NCBI GenBank assembly: GCA_965197645.1
Contig: OZ240219.1
Coordinates: forward strand, 384,001 to 448,000
Source: Dehalococcoidia bacterium
GTDB taxonomy: Bacteria; Chloroflexota; Dehalococcoidia; Plut-88900
Reading direction: 5' to 3'
Length of the DNA: 64,000 nt
Positions within the stretch are counted from its first letter, which is position 1. Each line of letters begins with the position of its first letter. Below are positions 19,715 to 28,856 of the stretch, in pieces. The notes under the pieces are model-generated. The model saw only the letters and a program-made list of their open reading frames with translations. It was not told where the DNA came from and did no database searches. The position numbers and the translations under genes are program-made.

Positions 19715-20464
19715 CTACAGAGCGGTAAAGCCGCCATCGATGACCAGCTCCGAGCCCGTCACGTAGGACGACTCATCGGACGCCAGGAAGAGGATGGCGT
19801 TGGCCACCTCCTCGGGTGTGCCAAACCGTTTCATCGGCACGGCATCGATGTACTTCTGATGGTAACGGGGATTCGCCTTTATCGGGTCCATCATGGGAGC
19901 GTCTATCGGGCCTGGATGCACCGAGTTGGCTCGAATACCGTTCCGGGCATACTGTACGGCCGTCGACTTGGTCAGGTTTCGCACGGCGGCTTTGGAGGCG
20001 CCGTAAGCAGAGCCGGTGGCCGAGCCCAGGATGCCGCCGACCGACGAGAGGTTGACGATGGACCCGGCGCCCGCCTCGATCATCTCCGGAACGACGTACT
20101 TGGTGCCGAGGAACACCCCCTTGGCGTTCACCTCCATGATGCGGTCCCAGTCCTCGCTGCTGGTATCCGCCACACGGTCCCGCTTGATGATTCCGGCGTT
20201 GTTCACCAGCACATCCAGCTTGCCGAAGCGGTCGAGTGTCGTGCGCACCGCCGCTTGCCAGTCCTCTTCGCTGGTGACGTCCAGCTTGAAGAAGGTGACC
20301 TGGCCGCCGGACTCGGCGATCTCCTCGGCCAGCTGCTGCCCTTCCGTCTCCAGCACGTCGCCGATGGCGAGGCTGGCTCCTTCCCTGGCGAAGAGCTTGG
20401 CCTCGGCCGCGCCGATACCCCTGGCGCCACCGGCAATCAGGGCCACTTTGCCTTCGAGTCTCAT
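19715..20464 (-). CDS. short-chain dehydrogenase/reductase
   Basis: GGARGIG, NNAG, YGASK; GGAGG RBS before ATG 20464. Confidence 0.93.
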   Translation of the reverse strand: MRLEGKVALIAGGARGIGAAEAKLFAREGASLAIGDVLETEGQQLAEEIAESGGQVTFFKLDVTSEEDWQAAVRTTLDRFGKLDVLVNNAGIIKRDRVADTSSEDWDRIMEVNAKGVFLGTKYVVPEMIEAGAGSIVNLSSVGGILGSATGSAYGASKAAVRNLTKSTAVQYARNGIRANSVHPGPIDAPMMDPIKANPRYHQKYIDAVPMKRFGTPEEVANAILFLASDESSYVTGSELVIDGGFTAL

Positions 20465-20474
20465 GGCGTGCCTC

Positions 20475-21638
20475 CTAGTCCTCCTTGAGAGCGGGGATGA
20501 CCTCACTGCCAAGTAGCTCGATGGAACGCATGGTCGCCCGGTGGGACATGGCGCCGCACTGGGCCTCCAGCATCAGAGAGCCGATGCCGAGCTGGCGCTT
20601 GATGTGCAACAGCTTCTCCGTGACGGTGTCGGGCGTCCCCACGATGATGCGGTAATCGTCCTGAAGCTCCTGGTAGCTCATCTTCTGCAGCGGTACGGTC
20701 TTACCACCCGTGCTCTTGGCCGAGTTTATCACCGCGCTCTTCCTGCCGGCCCTGCTCAGATATCCGGGTGGAGCGAAGTACTCCCGCGGGCCGAGCAACG
20801 GTCCCCGCATTCGCCACATGATGTGCCTACCCTCCTCTTGGGCCTTCTCCTCGGTGTCGTTGACGTGACAACAGACCATGAAGGCGAATTTTTCCGGGCC
20901 TGCCTCGATACCCTCTTCGGCGGCATAGTTGCGATAGAGGTCAAACAGGCCCTGGGCAGTCTCCAGCGACGTCAGGAAGGCGGCGTAGGTGTAGCCCCGG
21001 CGAGCGGACCACTCAACCGTCTCGGGACTGCCCGTGCCCGGCGTCCAGATGGGCGGGTGGGGCTTCTGCAAGGGCAGCACCCAGGGGTTGACCACGCGGA
21101 AATCGAAGTGGTCACCCTCCCATCGAAAGGGTCCGGGGGTAGTCCAGGTTTTGACCATCAGGTCGTGCGCCTCTTCGAACCGCTCCCGGTTATGTACGGG
21201 ATTGGTGTTGGTGGCCCAGCTTTCGACTCCCAGGCCCCGCACGATGCCCGAGATCAATCGGCCCCCCGAGATAAGGTCCACCATCGCTATCTCTTCCGCC
21301 AGGCGCACCGGATTGTCCGTCGTCGAGATCAGGTTGCCCAGTATCAGGATCTTCGCCCGGGTGGTCATCCGCGCCAGGATGCCGGCGATCACGTTCACCC
21401 CGACGTTCATGCAGGAGCAGCTGTTGTGGTGCTCGTTGATCATCAGACCATCGAAACCCACCTCGGCGGCGTACTGGTACTCGTCCAGGTAGCGCTGGAA
21501 CAGGCCCTGAGCCGTTGGGGCATCAAAGTAAGTGTTGGGGAAGGTCAGGCGCATGGAGGGATAGTTGTCGGCTTCCGACTCGTCGAACTCGGCGTAGGGC
21601 ATTTCGCTGAACCAGTAGACGTCCATACCGGTCTCCAT
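20475..21638 (-). CDS. LLM class flavin-dependent oxidoreductase/monooxygenase
   Basis: GFDGLMINEHH, NPVRLAEEIAMVD, PLQKPHPPIW. Confidence 0.9.
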   Translation of the reverse strand: METGMDVYWFSEMPYAEFDESEADNYPSMRLTFPNTYFDAPTAQGLFQRYLDEYQYAAEVGFDGLMINEHHNSCSCMNVGVNVIAGILARMTTRAKILILGNLISTTDNPVRLAEEIAMVDLISGGRLISGIVRGLGVESWATNTNPVHNRERFEEAHDLMVKTWTTPGPFRWEGDHFDFRVVNPWVLPLQKPHPPIWTPGTGSPETVEWSARRGYTYAAFLTSLETAQGLFDLYRNYAAEEGIEAGPEKFAFMVCCHVNDTEEKAQEEGRHIMWRMRGPLLGPREYFAPPGYLSRAGRKSAVINSAKSTGGKTVPLQKMSYQELQDDYRIIVGTPDTVTEKLLHIKRQLGIGSLMLEAQCGAMSHRATMRSIELLGSEVIPALKED

Positions 21639-21651
21639 TCAGTAAGTGCGA

Positions 21652-22437
21652 TCAGTCCAGAAAGCCCAATACCGTACGAACGAACTCGTCCGGCTTCTCG
21701 ATCTGGGGTGAATGGCCGCAGTTCTCGATGATCGATAGCCTGGCGCCGGGGATGGACCGCTGGTACAGCTCTCCGCAGTTCAGAGGCACAATACGGTCCT
21801 CTCGACCCCAGACGATGAGGCTGGGCACGTCGACCCGTTGCAGAAGGCCGGGGAGCCGGGGATCGTGCATGTAAGGCTTCCAGCAGAGGCGCACGGCCAT
21901 CTCCCGGTTTGACTCCTGGGTCTGCTTCTCCTCATCGGTCAGGGTGCGTTCGTACAGCTCGCTCCACTCCGGGACCTGGCCGGGATCGAAGAAACCGAGC
22001 TGAGCAACCTGTTGGGGGGTAATGAGAAAGACGTCGGCGATTTCCCCCTCCGTGGGTTTGATACCCACGGCGCCCACCAGCACCAGCCGCTCGAGATTAT
22101 GGGGGCACATAACCGCCATCTCGGCTGCTATCCACCCGCCCATGGAGAAGCCCATAAGCCGGACCCTGTCCAGATTCAGCCGGTCCAGAAACCAGAGGTA
22201 GAAGCAGGCCATATCGGGAATGGTCTCGAGCCACGGGGGTCTTTGAGATCGATCATAGCCTGGGTGAGAGGGGACATAGAGGGTGAATCTCTGGGCGAGG
22301 GCCTCGTTGTACTTGCGCCATCCCCGGTGTCCTCCTGCGCCGTGGAGGACCAGCAGGGGCTCTCCGACGCCGCCCTTCATGAAGTGGACCTCGGAGCCAC
22401 CGATGTTGACCTGTTCTTCGCGCCACTCTACCGTCAT
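21652..22437 (-). CDS. alpha/beta hydrolase
   Basis: LHGAGG, GFSMGG nucleophile, WGRED, CGHSPQIE. Confidence 0.9.
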   Translation of the reverse strand: MTVEWREEQVNIGGSEVHFMKGGVGEPLLVLHGAGGHRGWRKYNEALAQRFTLYVPSHPGYDRSQRPPWLETIPDMACFYLWFLDRLNLDRVRLMGFSMGGWIAAEMAVMCPHNLERLVLVGAVGIKPTEGEIADVFLITPQQVAQLGFFDPGQVPEWSELYERTLTDEEKQTQESNREMAVRLCWKPYMHDPRLPGLLQRVDVPSLIVWGREDRIVPLNCGELYQRSIPGARLSIIENCGHSPQIEKPDEFVRTVLGFLD

Positions 22438-22459
22438 TATCCGTCTCTTTCCCATCGCC

Positions 22460-22587
22460 CTCGGGGCATCTCTTCTCAGTCGATGCCAAGGTCGCCATCG
22501 GCCAGGCCGGTCTTGGATACGCCGATACCCCCGGCACTACCGGCTATCAAGGCTACTTTCCCTTCGGGTCTCATGGCAAGCTTCCTA
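22460..22587 (-). pseudogene. decayed copy of the LLM stop codon and SDR 5' end
   Basis: 22521-22587 aligns with 20411-20477; reads MRPEGKVALIAGSAGGIGVSKTGLADGDLGID*. Confidence 0.8.
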
Positions 22588-22863
22588 GCGCTTGTTGGGA
22601 TCGGGGATTACGTCTTTTCCCAGCAGGCCATCCGATAGCATTCTATCAATTCGGTGAAGGGGTACATCGACCATGATGTTGTCGGTCATGCCGTTGTTGG
22701 CCAGTCTGGTATGGAGATACTCGGTCTCCTCCTGGCTAACGACCCCGTCCGAGATCACGCCCCTGGCAAGCCTAATCAAAGTGTCCATTTGCCAGTTGTT
22801 GATGCGGGACGAGGAACGGACCAATCCGGCAAGCTCCTCATCACAATAATAGACGGCTATCAT
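22585..22863 (-). CDS. hypothetical protein; probably a truncated N-terminus of a TerB-like/BRCT-associated protein
   Basis: DTLIRLARGVISDGVVSQEETEYL..RIDRMLSDG pattern (recalled similarity, not searched). Confidence 0.5.
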   Translation of the reverse strand: MIAVYYCDEELAGLVRSSSRINNWQMDTLIRLARGVISDGVVSQEETEYLHTRLANNGMTDNIMVDVPLHRIDRMLSDGLLGKDVIPDPNKR

Positions 22864-22883
22864 TACATCTGTTCTCTTGCTGC

Positions 22884-23828
22884 CTACGGTCCTGGCGGAT
22901 CCAGGGGTATTCCGTACATCGAGTCCGGCTTCAGCCTCGCCGCCTCCGACCCGGGTAGAGGTCGGGACGTCCTGGGCGTTCTGGACGTTCTGGGTGTCTT
23001 AGGCGGCAGGACCGGACCGAGCATGGGTGGAAGAGGCCCCTTGATGCGCCTCAGCAGGTAGGCTGTGAGGAACGCCCCGATGGCCGGCACCCCGACGGCT
23101 ATCAGGATGCTGAACATTATGAAGCCCATCTCCAGCCATTGCCGCAGGAAAAAGACGATGTCGTAACCAGGATAGAACCATAGCCACCTCATCACGGTCA
23201 ATATCCCGAACAGCAAGGCGATCGTCTTCCACGGTATCCGGTCGGTCTCCTTCATTCGCACGGCGCCCCAGACGACCACCAGTGTCCCGCAAAGGCTGAG
23301 AACGTCTAGGATGATGGCCCACTCCATATTTCCAAATCTCAACCACAGCAATGAATAAGGATAGTGCCAGCTTGGGCCTGTGACCAGTGCGAGAAACGGT
23401 AGTATCCGGCTGTAGTGCCGTCCCGTGTAGGTGGCGGCAAAGAAAAACATCCCGAGAAAGTTCATTGCTACCAGAATCCACCATATTGTTGAATAAATGT
23501 CGGACCCCAGTGACTCCGAACGTGAAACGTACCTGACGTTTTGCGCAGCAGACAGCGCCAGTAGGTAGAGATCGTAAGCGACGAAGTAAGCGAGGAACCT
23601 CTGCCGTACCTTGACCAGCACGGCTAGCAACACGATAGATGGGACAGCCATCTCCAGGTTCAGCACCAGCGTGAACAGCGCACTATTGGTCCAAAACCAG
23701 CGTACTGGCCAAAACCATGTCTTTGCATCAAAGACGAAAGAGACCAGGAGAGGCACGGCGAGCACTGTCACCACAGGCCAGAGGTACTTCCTACGCCTCC
23801 TGACGATGAGTTGCATCCGTCTCATCAT
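22884..23828 (-). CDS. hypothetical multi-pass membrane protein with Pro/Arg-rich tail
   Basis: Many hydrophobic segments; AGGAG RBS; AT-richer than the flanking operon. Confidence 0.7.
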   Translation of the reverse strand: MMRRMQLIVRRRRKYLWPVVTVLAVPLLVSFVFDAKTWFWPVRWFWTNSALFTLVLNLEMAVPSIVLLAVLVKVRQRFLAYFVAYDLYLLALSAAQNVRYVSRSESLGSDIYSTIWWILVAMNFLGMFFFAATYTGRHYSRILPFLALVTGPSWHYPYSLLWLRFGNMEWAIILDVLSLCGTLVVVWGAVRMKETDRIPWKTIALLFGILTVMRWLWFYPGYDIVFFLRQWLEMGFIMFSILIAVGVPAIGAFLTAYLLRRIKGPLPPMLGPVLPPKTPRTSRTPRTSRPLPGSEAARLKPDSMYGIPLDPPGP

Positions 23829-23886
23829 TCTCCTACCTTAGAGCCGTAGTCTTGCCGGGATGCTCCTCTCGACCCTCGTGAAGGGA

Positions 23887-24285
23887 ACCAGCAGGGGCTC
23901 CCCAACCCCACCCTTCATCTTCCTCTCCCTTCCTACTCTTCCTCCTCGTTGGAGGACGAGCCGGACTGCCTGGAGTCGATGTTGACTTGATCTTCTCTCC
24001 ACTGTACCGCCATTATCCGTCTCTTTCCGATCGAATTCGGGGCATCTCTTCTCAGTCGATGCCAAGGTCGCCATCGGCCAGGCTGGTCTTGGATACGCCG
24101 ATACCCCTGGCGCCACCGGCTATCAGGGCCACTTTCCCTTTGAGTATCATGGCGTCCTCCTAGTCCTCCTTGAGAGCGGGAATGACCTCACTGCCCAGCA
24201 GCTCGATGGAACGCATATTCGCCTGGTGGGACATTCGCCGCGCTGGGTCTCCAGCATCAGGGAACCGATACCAAGCCGGCGCTTG
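23887..24285 (-). pseudogene. decayed duplicate of LLM 3' end, SDR 5' end and hydrolase 5' end
   Basis: 24097-24285 aligns with 20411-20600; 23887-24160 aligns with 22349-22587 apart from a pyrimidine-rich insertion. Confidence 0.85.
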
Positions 24286-24455
24286 TGGGTGACGGGGTCT
24301 CGGCCCAGGTCAATGGCGAGCTGCTCGAGGCGTCCGGGGGATCTGCGTGTAATGGTAGTCATGAGGAGATTACATGCGATTCTCCCCATCAGCTATGAGA
24401 TCAGCGCACCATAGCCGCTTTCCTTCCACCCCACCCACTCCCAGGCATCGGACTA

Positions 24456-25139
24456 CTATTCCTCCCCGGATGTGAGGATTTCGAGGATTTCCGTGTGCCC
24501 TCGCCATGCCGCTTCGCTGACTGCCGTATTACCATCCGGGTCAGCCGCCAGTGGGTCAGCTCCGGCCTTGATCAATGCCCTGACGACATCTTCATGACCC
24601 CGCCATGCCGCCTCAATCAATATCGGGCTATCGTCAGCATCAAGAGCGTTGGGGTTGGCCCCTGCATCTAGGAGGATTTGTACGATCTCCGCATCCCCCC
24701 GCCACACAGCCTCATAGATGACCGGGTTCCCATCTGAGTTACGGCCGTTAACGTCCGCGCCCGCGGCGACCAATGCCCTCACTGCATCAGCATTTCCTCT
24801 CCAAACGGGCTCGTTCAGAATCGCGTCTCCCTCAGCGTCCGTAGCATCCGATATCGAAGTCCGTGTGGCCGTCAGGTCCGGGGACGGTGTGGCCGTCAGG
24901 TCCGGGGACGGTGTGGGCGTCAGGTCTGGGGACGGTGTGGACGTCGGGTCTGGGATCGGTGTGGACGTCAGGTCTGGAGACGGCTCCGGAATAGACGTGG
25001 GTGTGGGGTCGGAGGGGAGAGCTAGGGGCACCGTCGGTTCGGAGTCGGATATGGTTAACACCACCACCACCACTAAGGCCGCTATGAGGCCAAGAAACAG
25101 GGACAGCGTGACTGCGATAACAGGTTTCGATAAGTTCAT
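24456..25139 (-). CDS. membrane-anchored ankyrin-repeat protein
   Basis: N-terminal TM helix, Pro/Thr linker, four repeats of (E)AAWRG(H/N)xEIVxxLLxAGADxN. Confidence 0.88.
   Translation of the reverse strand: MNLSKPVIAVTLSLFLGLIAALVVVVVLTISDSEPTVPLALPSDPTPTSIPEPSPDLTSTPIPDPTSTPSPDLTPTPSPDLTATPSPDLTATRTSISDATDAEGDAILNEPVWRGNADAVRALVAAGADVNGRNSDGNPVIYEAVWRGDAEIVQILLDAGANPNALDADDSPILIEAAWRGHEDVVRALIKAGADPLAADPDGNTAVSEAAWRGHTEILEILTSGEE
24863..24982. repeat. five tandem 24-bp repeats encoding PSPDLT(A/P/S)T
   Basis: gtgtggccgtcaggtccggggacg units start at 24863, 24887, 24911, 24935 and 24959. Confidence 0.9.
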
Positions 25140-25324
25140 TTGATGGTCTCTTTCACCGGCTTGCCAGCCGGAACACTCAGAATGGGACTGACCGCCTCCT
25201 GGAGCGTCGCGTAGTTTATGCCCCTAGTCCCTCCATTGCAACTGCGCGTGTATAATGGGGGCATGGTGACCCTGAGCGCACCCAAGGTCTTGCGCAGTTT
25301 CTCGTATCGTTCATCGTCAGCCAT
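25136..25324 (-). CDS. hypothetical small protein or gene fragment
   Basis: AAGGAG RBS before ATG; stop overlaps the ankyrin gene start; no recognisable family. Confidence 0.35.
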   Translation of the reverse strand: MADDERYEKLRKTLGALRVTMPPLYTRSCNGGTRGINYATLQEAVSPILSVPAGKPVKETIK

Positions 25325-25345
25325 CTTCTTCTCCTTGCAGTGTGC

Positions 25346-25600
25346 CTACTTTCCGTACATAGCTCGGAATTCGTAGGAGTCTATCTTTAACAGAACAGCT
25401 ACGAGCATGTTGTTGCGCTGACCCTGGCTCGTGATGCTCACAACAACATAACCAGGAGAACGATTTAACATCTCTTCTAGTAGCTCTGCGTCTCTACTTT
25501 CTGCGGAGAACATACCTGTATCGTGAGCCTGTACGACCTTCCAAGTTGGAGGTTCACCCGGTCGTCCAGGCGGTCTAGGCGGATCCCGATACAGTGCCAT
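25346..25600 (-). CDS. hypothetical protein, 84 aa
   Basis: AAAGGAG RBS; AT-richer sequence. Confidence 0.55.
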   Translation of the reverse strand: MALYRDPPRPPGRPGEPPTWKVVQAHDTGMFSAESRDAELLEEMLNRSPGYVVVSITSQGQRNNMLVAVLLKIDSYEFRAMYGK

Positions 25601-25628
25601 CTCTTACTCCTTTCAAATCGTCTCTGGC

Positions 25629-25745
25629 GAGGATCAGCGGGGGCTCTCCAACCCCGCCCTTCATGAAGTGGACCTCAGAGCCTCCGATGTCCACCTGTTG
25701 TTCGCTCCACTCTACCGTCATTGCTCGTCTCTCTCCGGTCGCTCC
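25629..25745 (-). pseudogene. third copy of the alpha/beta hydrolase 5' end
   Basis: MTVEWSEQQVDIGGSEVHFMKGGVGEPPLIL vs MTVEWREEQVNIGGSEVHFMKGGVGEPLLVL. Confidence 0.85.
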
Positions 25746-25857
25746 GGGCCATCCCCATCCGGTCGTCTCCGGGCCCACCATTGTATCAACCTCTATCAAA
25801 CGGGCCATCCCCCTTGGAACCGGGGCTTATAATGGGGCAGTATCCGTCCCACCAACC

Positions 25858-27390
25858 ATGAGCAATCTAGACATACAGGCCAGCTGGTCTTACCACAACA
25901 GCACCAAGCACTCATACGAGAGCCTGCGAGCCCAGGCCCACCACCTGGACTGGCCCAACCAGCCTGTGCCCTTCAAGATCTACAAATCGCTGGATGGGAT
26001 GCCCCTGGGCCTGGAGATGGAGTTCACCAACGTCCCCGCGCTGGAGGTGATCTCCTCCCCACCCATGTCTCCCGAGAAGGAATCCGTGCCCGATCTGGCG
26101 ACCCTTGCCCAGCTCCTTCACCTTTCGGCGGGCATAACCAAGCGCAAGGACTACGGCAACGAGATGCAGGTCTTCTTCAGAGCGGCGGCGTGCACCGGCG
26201 CCCTCTATCACATCGATCTCTACCTCGTCTGTCGCGACCTGCCGGGGCTGGAGGCCGGGGTCTACCACTTTGCCCCCAACGATTTCTCGTTGCGTAGGCT
26301 CCGGGAGGGCAACTACCTGCCTCTGCTGGCCCGGGCCGCCGGAGACGAGACCTCTTTGATGGGGGCCCCGGCGGTGATCGTGTGCGCCGATACGTACTGG
26401 CGCAACTCGTGGAAGTACCGGGCGAGGGCCTATCGCCACACCTTTTGGGACAGCGGGACGCTGCTAGCCAACCTTCTGGCCGTAGCGTCGGCCCACCGTA
26501 TGCCCGCCAGGGTCATATCGAGTTTTGTCGATGAGACGGTAAACCGGTTGCTGGGCCTCGATGGAAAGCTTGAGGCTGCTCAGGTCCTGGTGCCCATCGG
26601 GTCGACGACGCCCATCGAACCCGCAGATACGGACCCCCTGGACCAGCTGGAGTACGAGATTGAACCGCTGTCCAACAGCGAGGTGGAGTACCCCGCCATC
26701 TACGAGATGCACTCGGCCTCGTCCCTCCATACCGGGGAAGAGGTGGCCGAGTTGCAGGGGAAGCGTTTGGAGCTTCCCGTAGACAACCCGGTGGGCCCTC
26801 TGTACCCGCTCCATGACGAGTCGGTGGAGGGCCGGGGCATAGAAGAGACGATCGTTCACCGAGGCTCCACCAGGCGATTCGCTCGTGACAGCATCACCCT
26901 CGACCAGCTTTCCGCGATTCTAAGCACCGCGGCCGAGCCGGTGGACGCCGACCTTCTGCAACCCTACGGCGCTACGATGAACCATCTGTACCTGATAGTA
27001 AACGCCGTCGAAGGTCTGGACAGCGGCGCCTATCTCTATCATCGGGACCGGAGGGCGCTGGAGCTGCTAAGGAAGGGCGACTTCAGGGACAGGGCGGGCT
27101 ACCTGGGGCTGGAGCAGGAGATACCGGCGGATGCCAGCGTCGACGTGTTCTTTTTGGCCGATCTGGACTCGGCACTGGCGATGTATGGCAATCGGGGCTA
27201 TCGCATGGCCCAGCTGGAGGCGGGAGTCCTGGGGGGCAGGCTGTACCTGGCGGCCTATGCTCAACGGCTGGGAGCAAGCGGCCTCACCTTCTACGACGAC
27301 GAGGTGATAGAGTTCTTCTCACCTCGTGCCGAAGGTATGAGCGTCATGTTCCTCGTCGCCCTCGGCAAATCGGTGCGGCGAAAAGAGTAA
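25858..27390 (+). CDS. SagB/ThcOx family tandem nitroreductase-fold dehydrogenase
   Basis: RAAACTGALY, WKYRARAYRH..WDSG, RGSTRRF, RGYRMAQLEAG; start at ATG 25858. Confidence 0.88.
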   Translation: MSNLDIQASWSYHNSTKHSYESLRAQAHHLDWPNQPVPFKIYKSLDGMPLGLEMEFTNVPALEVISSPPMSPEKESVPDLATLAQLLHLSAGITKRKDYGNEMQVFFRAAACTGALYHIDLYLVCRDLPGLEAGVYHFAPNDFSLRRLREGNYLPLLARAAGDETSLMGAPAVIVCADTYWRNSWKYRARAYRHTFWDSGTLLANLLAVASAHRMPARVISSFVDETVNRLLGLDGKLEAAQVLVPIGSTTPIEPADTDPLDQLEYEIEPLSNSEVEYPAIYEMHSASSLHTGEEVAELQGKRLELPVDNPVGPLYPLHDESVEGRGIEETIVHRGSTRRFARDSITLDQLSAILSTAAEPVDADLLQPYGATMNHLYLIVNAVEGLDSGAYLYHRDRRALELLRKGDFRDRAGYLGLEQEIPADASVDVFFLADLDSALAMYGNRGYRMAQLEAGVLGGRLYLAAYAQRLGASGLTFYDDEVIEFFSPRAEGMSVMFLVALGKSVRRKE

Positions 27391-27647
27391 CCGGACCGGC
27401 TAACCTGCAACGGCGGCCTCTGTACGCAAGAGCGAAATGGAGTACCCCCCGTTGGTATCCTGACGTTGTTGCCTAAGGAGACCACTACTGCCGGTTAGGT
27501 GGTCAAACATGGCGTCAAATAAGCCGCCACAGTATTGACCTGACAAACCTCATTTGGTATCTTGCACGCATGTATTAGCTCCTGATTCTGCGTCAATGAA
27601 TGTACCATATATGTGGCCAAGTAGTGAGTCAATGAGAGGCAGCGACG

Positions 27648-28856
27648 TTGGATGCCAAGAGATTTTGGGATGAGTTTCACTTTGACTATCGACTTGAGCA
27701 AAAAAGAATCTATGAATCTTTGATAACTATAGAGGCTCATAGGCAGACTGCTCAAAATCTTATCCTCGCACCTGAATGGCGTCGACAGCTAGACCGACTG
27801 AACAGGGTACGAGCAGTCCACGGCACAACTGCGCTCGAGGGGAATCCTTTGTCGGAGGCAGAGGCTTCTTATCAAATTGATGTTGTGGATCAGGAAAGTG
27901 ACATGCCGGTAGAGCGCGTAACTAGAGAGCAGCAACAAATCCGGAATGCAGCCAATGCTCAAGATTGGGTAAAGGACCGGTTCACCGCTGACCAACCACC
28001 TGTCCGCCTAAACGATATCCTCACGATGCATAGAATGATTACCAAAGGTTCGGATGAGAACAATAACATCCCCGGTAGACTTCGCTCACAGTCAGTAACA
28101 GTGGGCTCTCCAAACATGGGCGGCGTACATGTTGGAGCTCCTCATGACACTCTGGCTGACCTTATGGAAGAGTTTGTCAGGTTTGTGAACTCGAACCAAT
28201 TCCGTAGCGAACATCCGGTGGTACGAGCACTGCTGGCACACTTCTTCTTGGTGACTATTCATCCGTTTGGCGATGGCAATGGAAGGGTGTCCAGGCTACT
28301 CGAGGCTGGAGTCCTCTTTCAGAACGGATACAACGTCCACGGGTTTTATGGCCTTTCAAACTTTTTTTACAGCAGTGGAGATCAATACAAGACCTTGCTT
28401 CAACAAACCCGCCGGACCCAACCATTTGACGTTACTTCATTCGTGACATTCGGAATAAAGGGATTCGTCGAGGAACTGGAAGGCATAAACAATTTCATCA
28501 AGACAAAAATCAATCGTGTAATGTACCGGCAAATGCTGGTGGCGGCTCTAGGCGAGAAGGTCAGCGAACGCCGCCGAAAGTTAAACGCCAGGGAATACCA
28601 ACTGTTGATCTATCTGTTGAGTGAGACTGAGCCGATAGACCCGTTTTCTGAACAACCGTCCCGTCGAATAGAGTTAGATGAGCTAGTCAACTCTTCGTAT
28701 GTAAGCGGTGCTTATCGCAATGTAACCCGACGAACCTTTATGAGAGAACTTCTTAGATTGCGTGAGATGGAATTTATCAAGGTAGATACTAGTGAGCCGA
28801 ACCGATTCATCATCGAGATCGACTTCGAGGCAATCGCCAAACATCAAATGTATTGA
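27648..28856 (+). CDS. Fic family protein (class II)
   Basis: HPFGDGNGRVSR motif and TTALEGN inhibitory motif; AT-richer; TTGACC-17 nt-TATCTT upstream. Confidence 0.9.
   Translation: MDAKRFWDEFHFDYRLEQKRIYESLITIEAHRQTAQNLILAPEWRRQLDRLNRVRAVHGTTALEGNPLSEAEASYQIDVVDQESDMPVERVTREQQQIRNAANAQDWVKDRFTADQPPVRLNDILTMHRMITKGSDENNNIPGRLRSQSVTVGSPNMGGVHVGAPHDTLADLMEEFVRFVNSNQFRSEHPVVRALLAHFFLVTIHPFGDGNGRVSRLLEAGVLFQNGYNVHGFYGLSNFFYSSGDQYKTLLQQTRRTQPFDVTSFVTFGIKGFVEELEGINNFIKTKINRVMYRQMLVAALGEKVSERRRKLNAREYQLLIYLLSETEPIDPFSEQPSRRIELDELVNSSYVSGAYRNVTRRTFMRELLRLREMEFIKVDTSEPNRFIIEIDFEAIAKHQMY

Noticed and set aside
24863-24982. CRISPR array
   Set aside because: The repeats are contiguous, in frame and have no spacers; they encode a Pro/Thr linker
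22346-25745. Classical integron or diversity-generating retroelement
   Set aside because: No integrase or reverse transcriptase, no recognisable attC sites, and differences between copies are not adenine-specific
25136-27390. RiPP (azole) cluster around the SagB-family dehydrogenase
   Set aside because: No YcaO or cyclodehydratase is present, and the nearby small ORFs have no Cys/Ser/Thr-rich core
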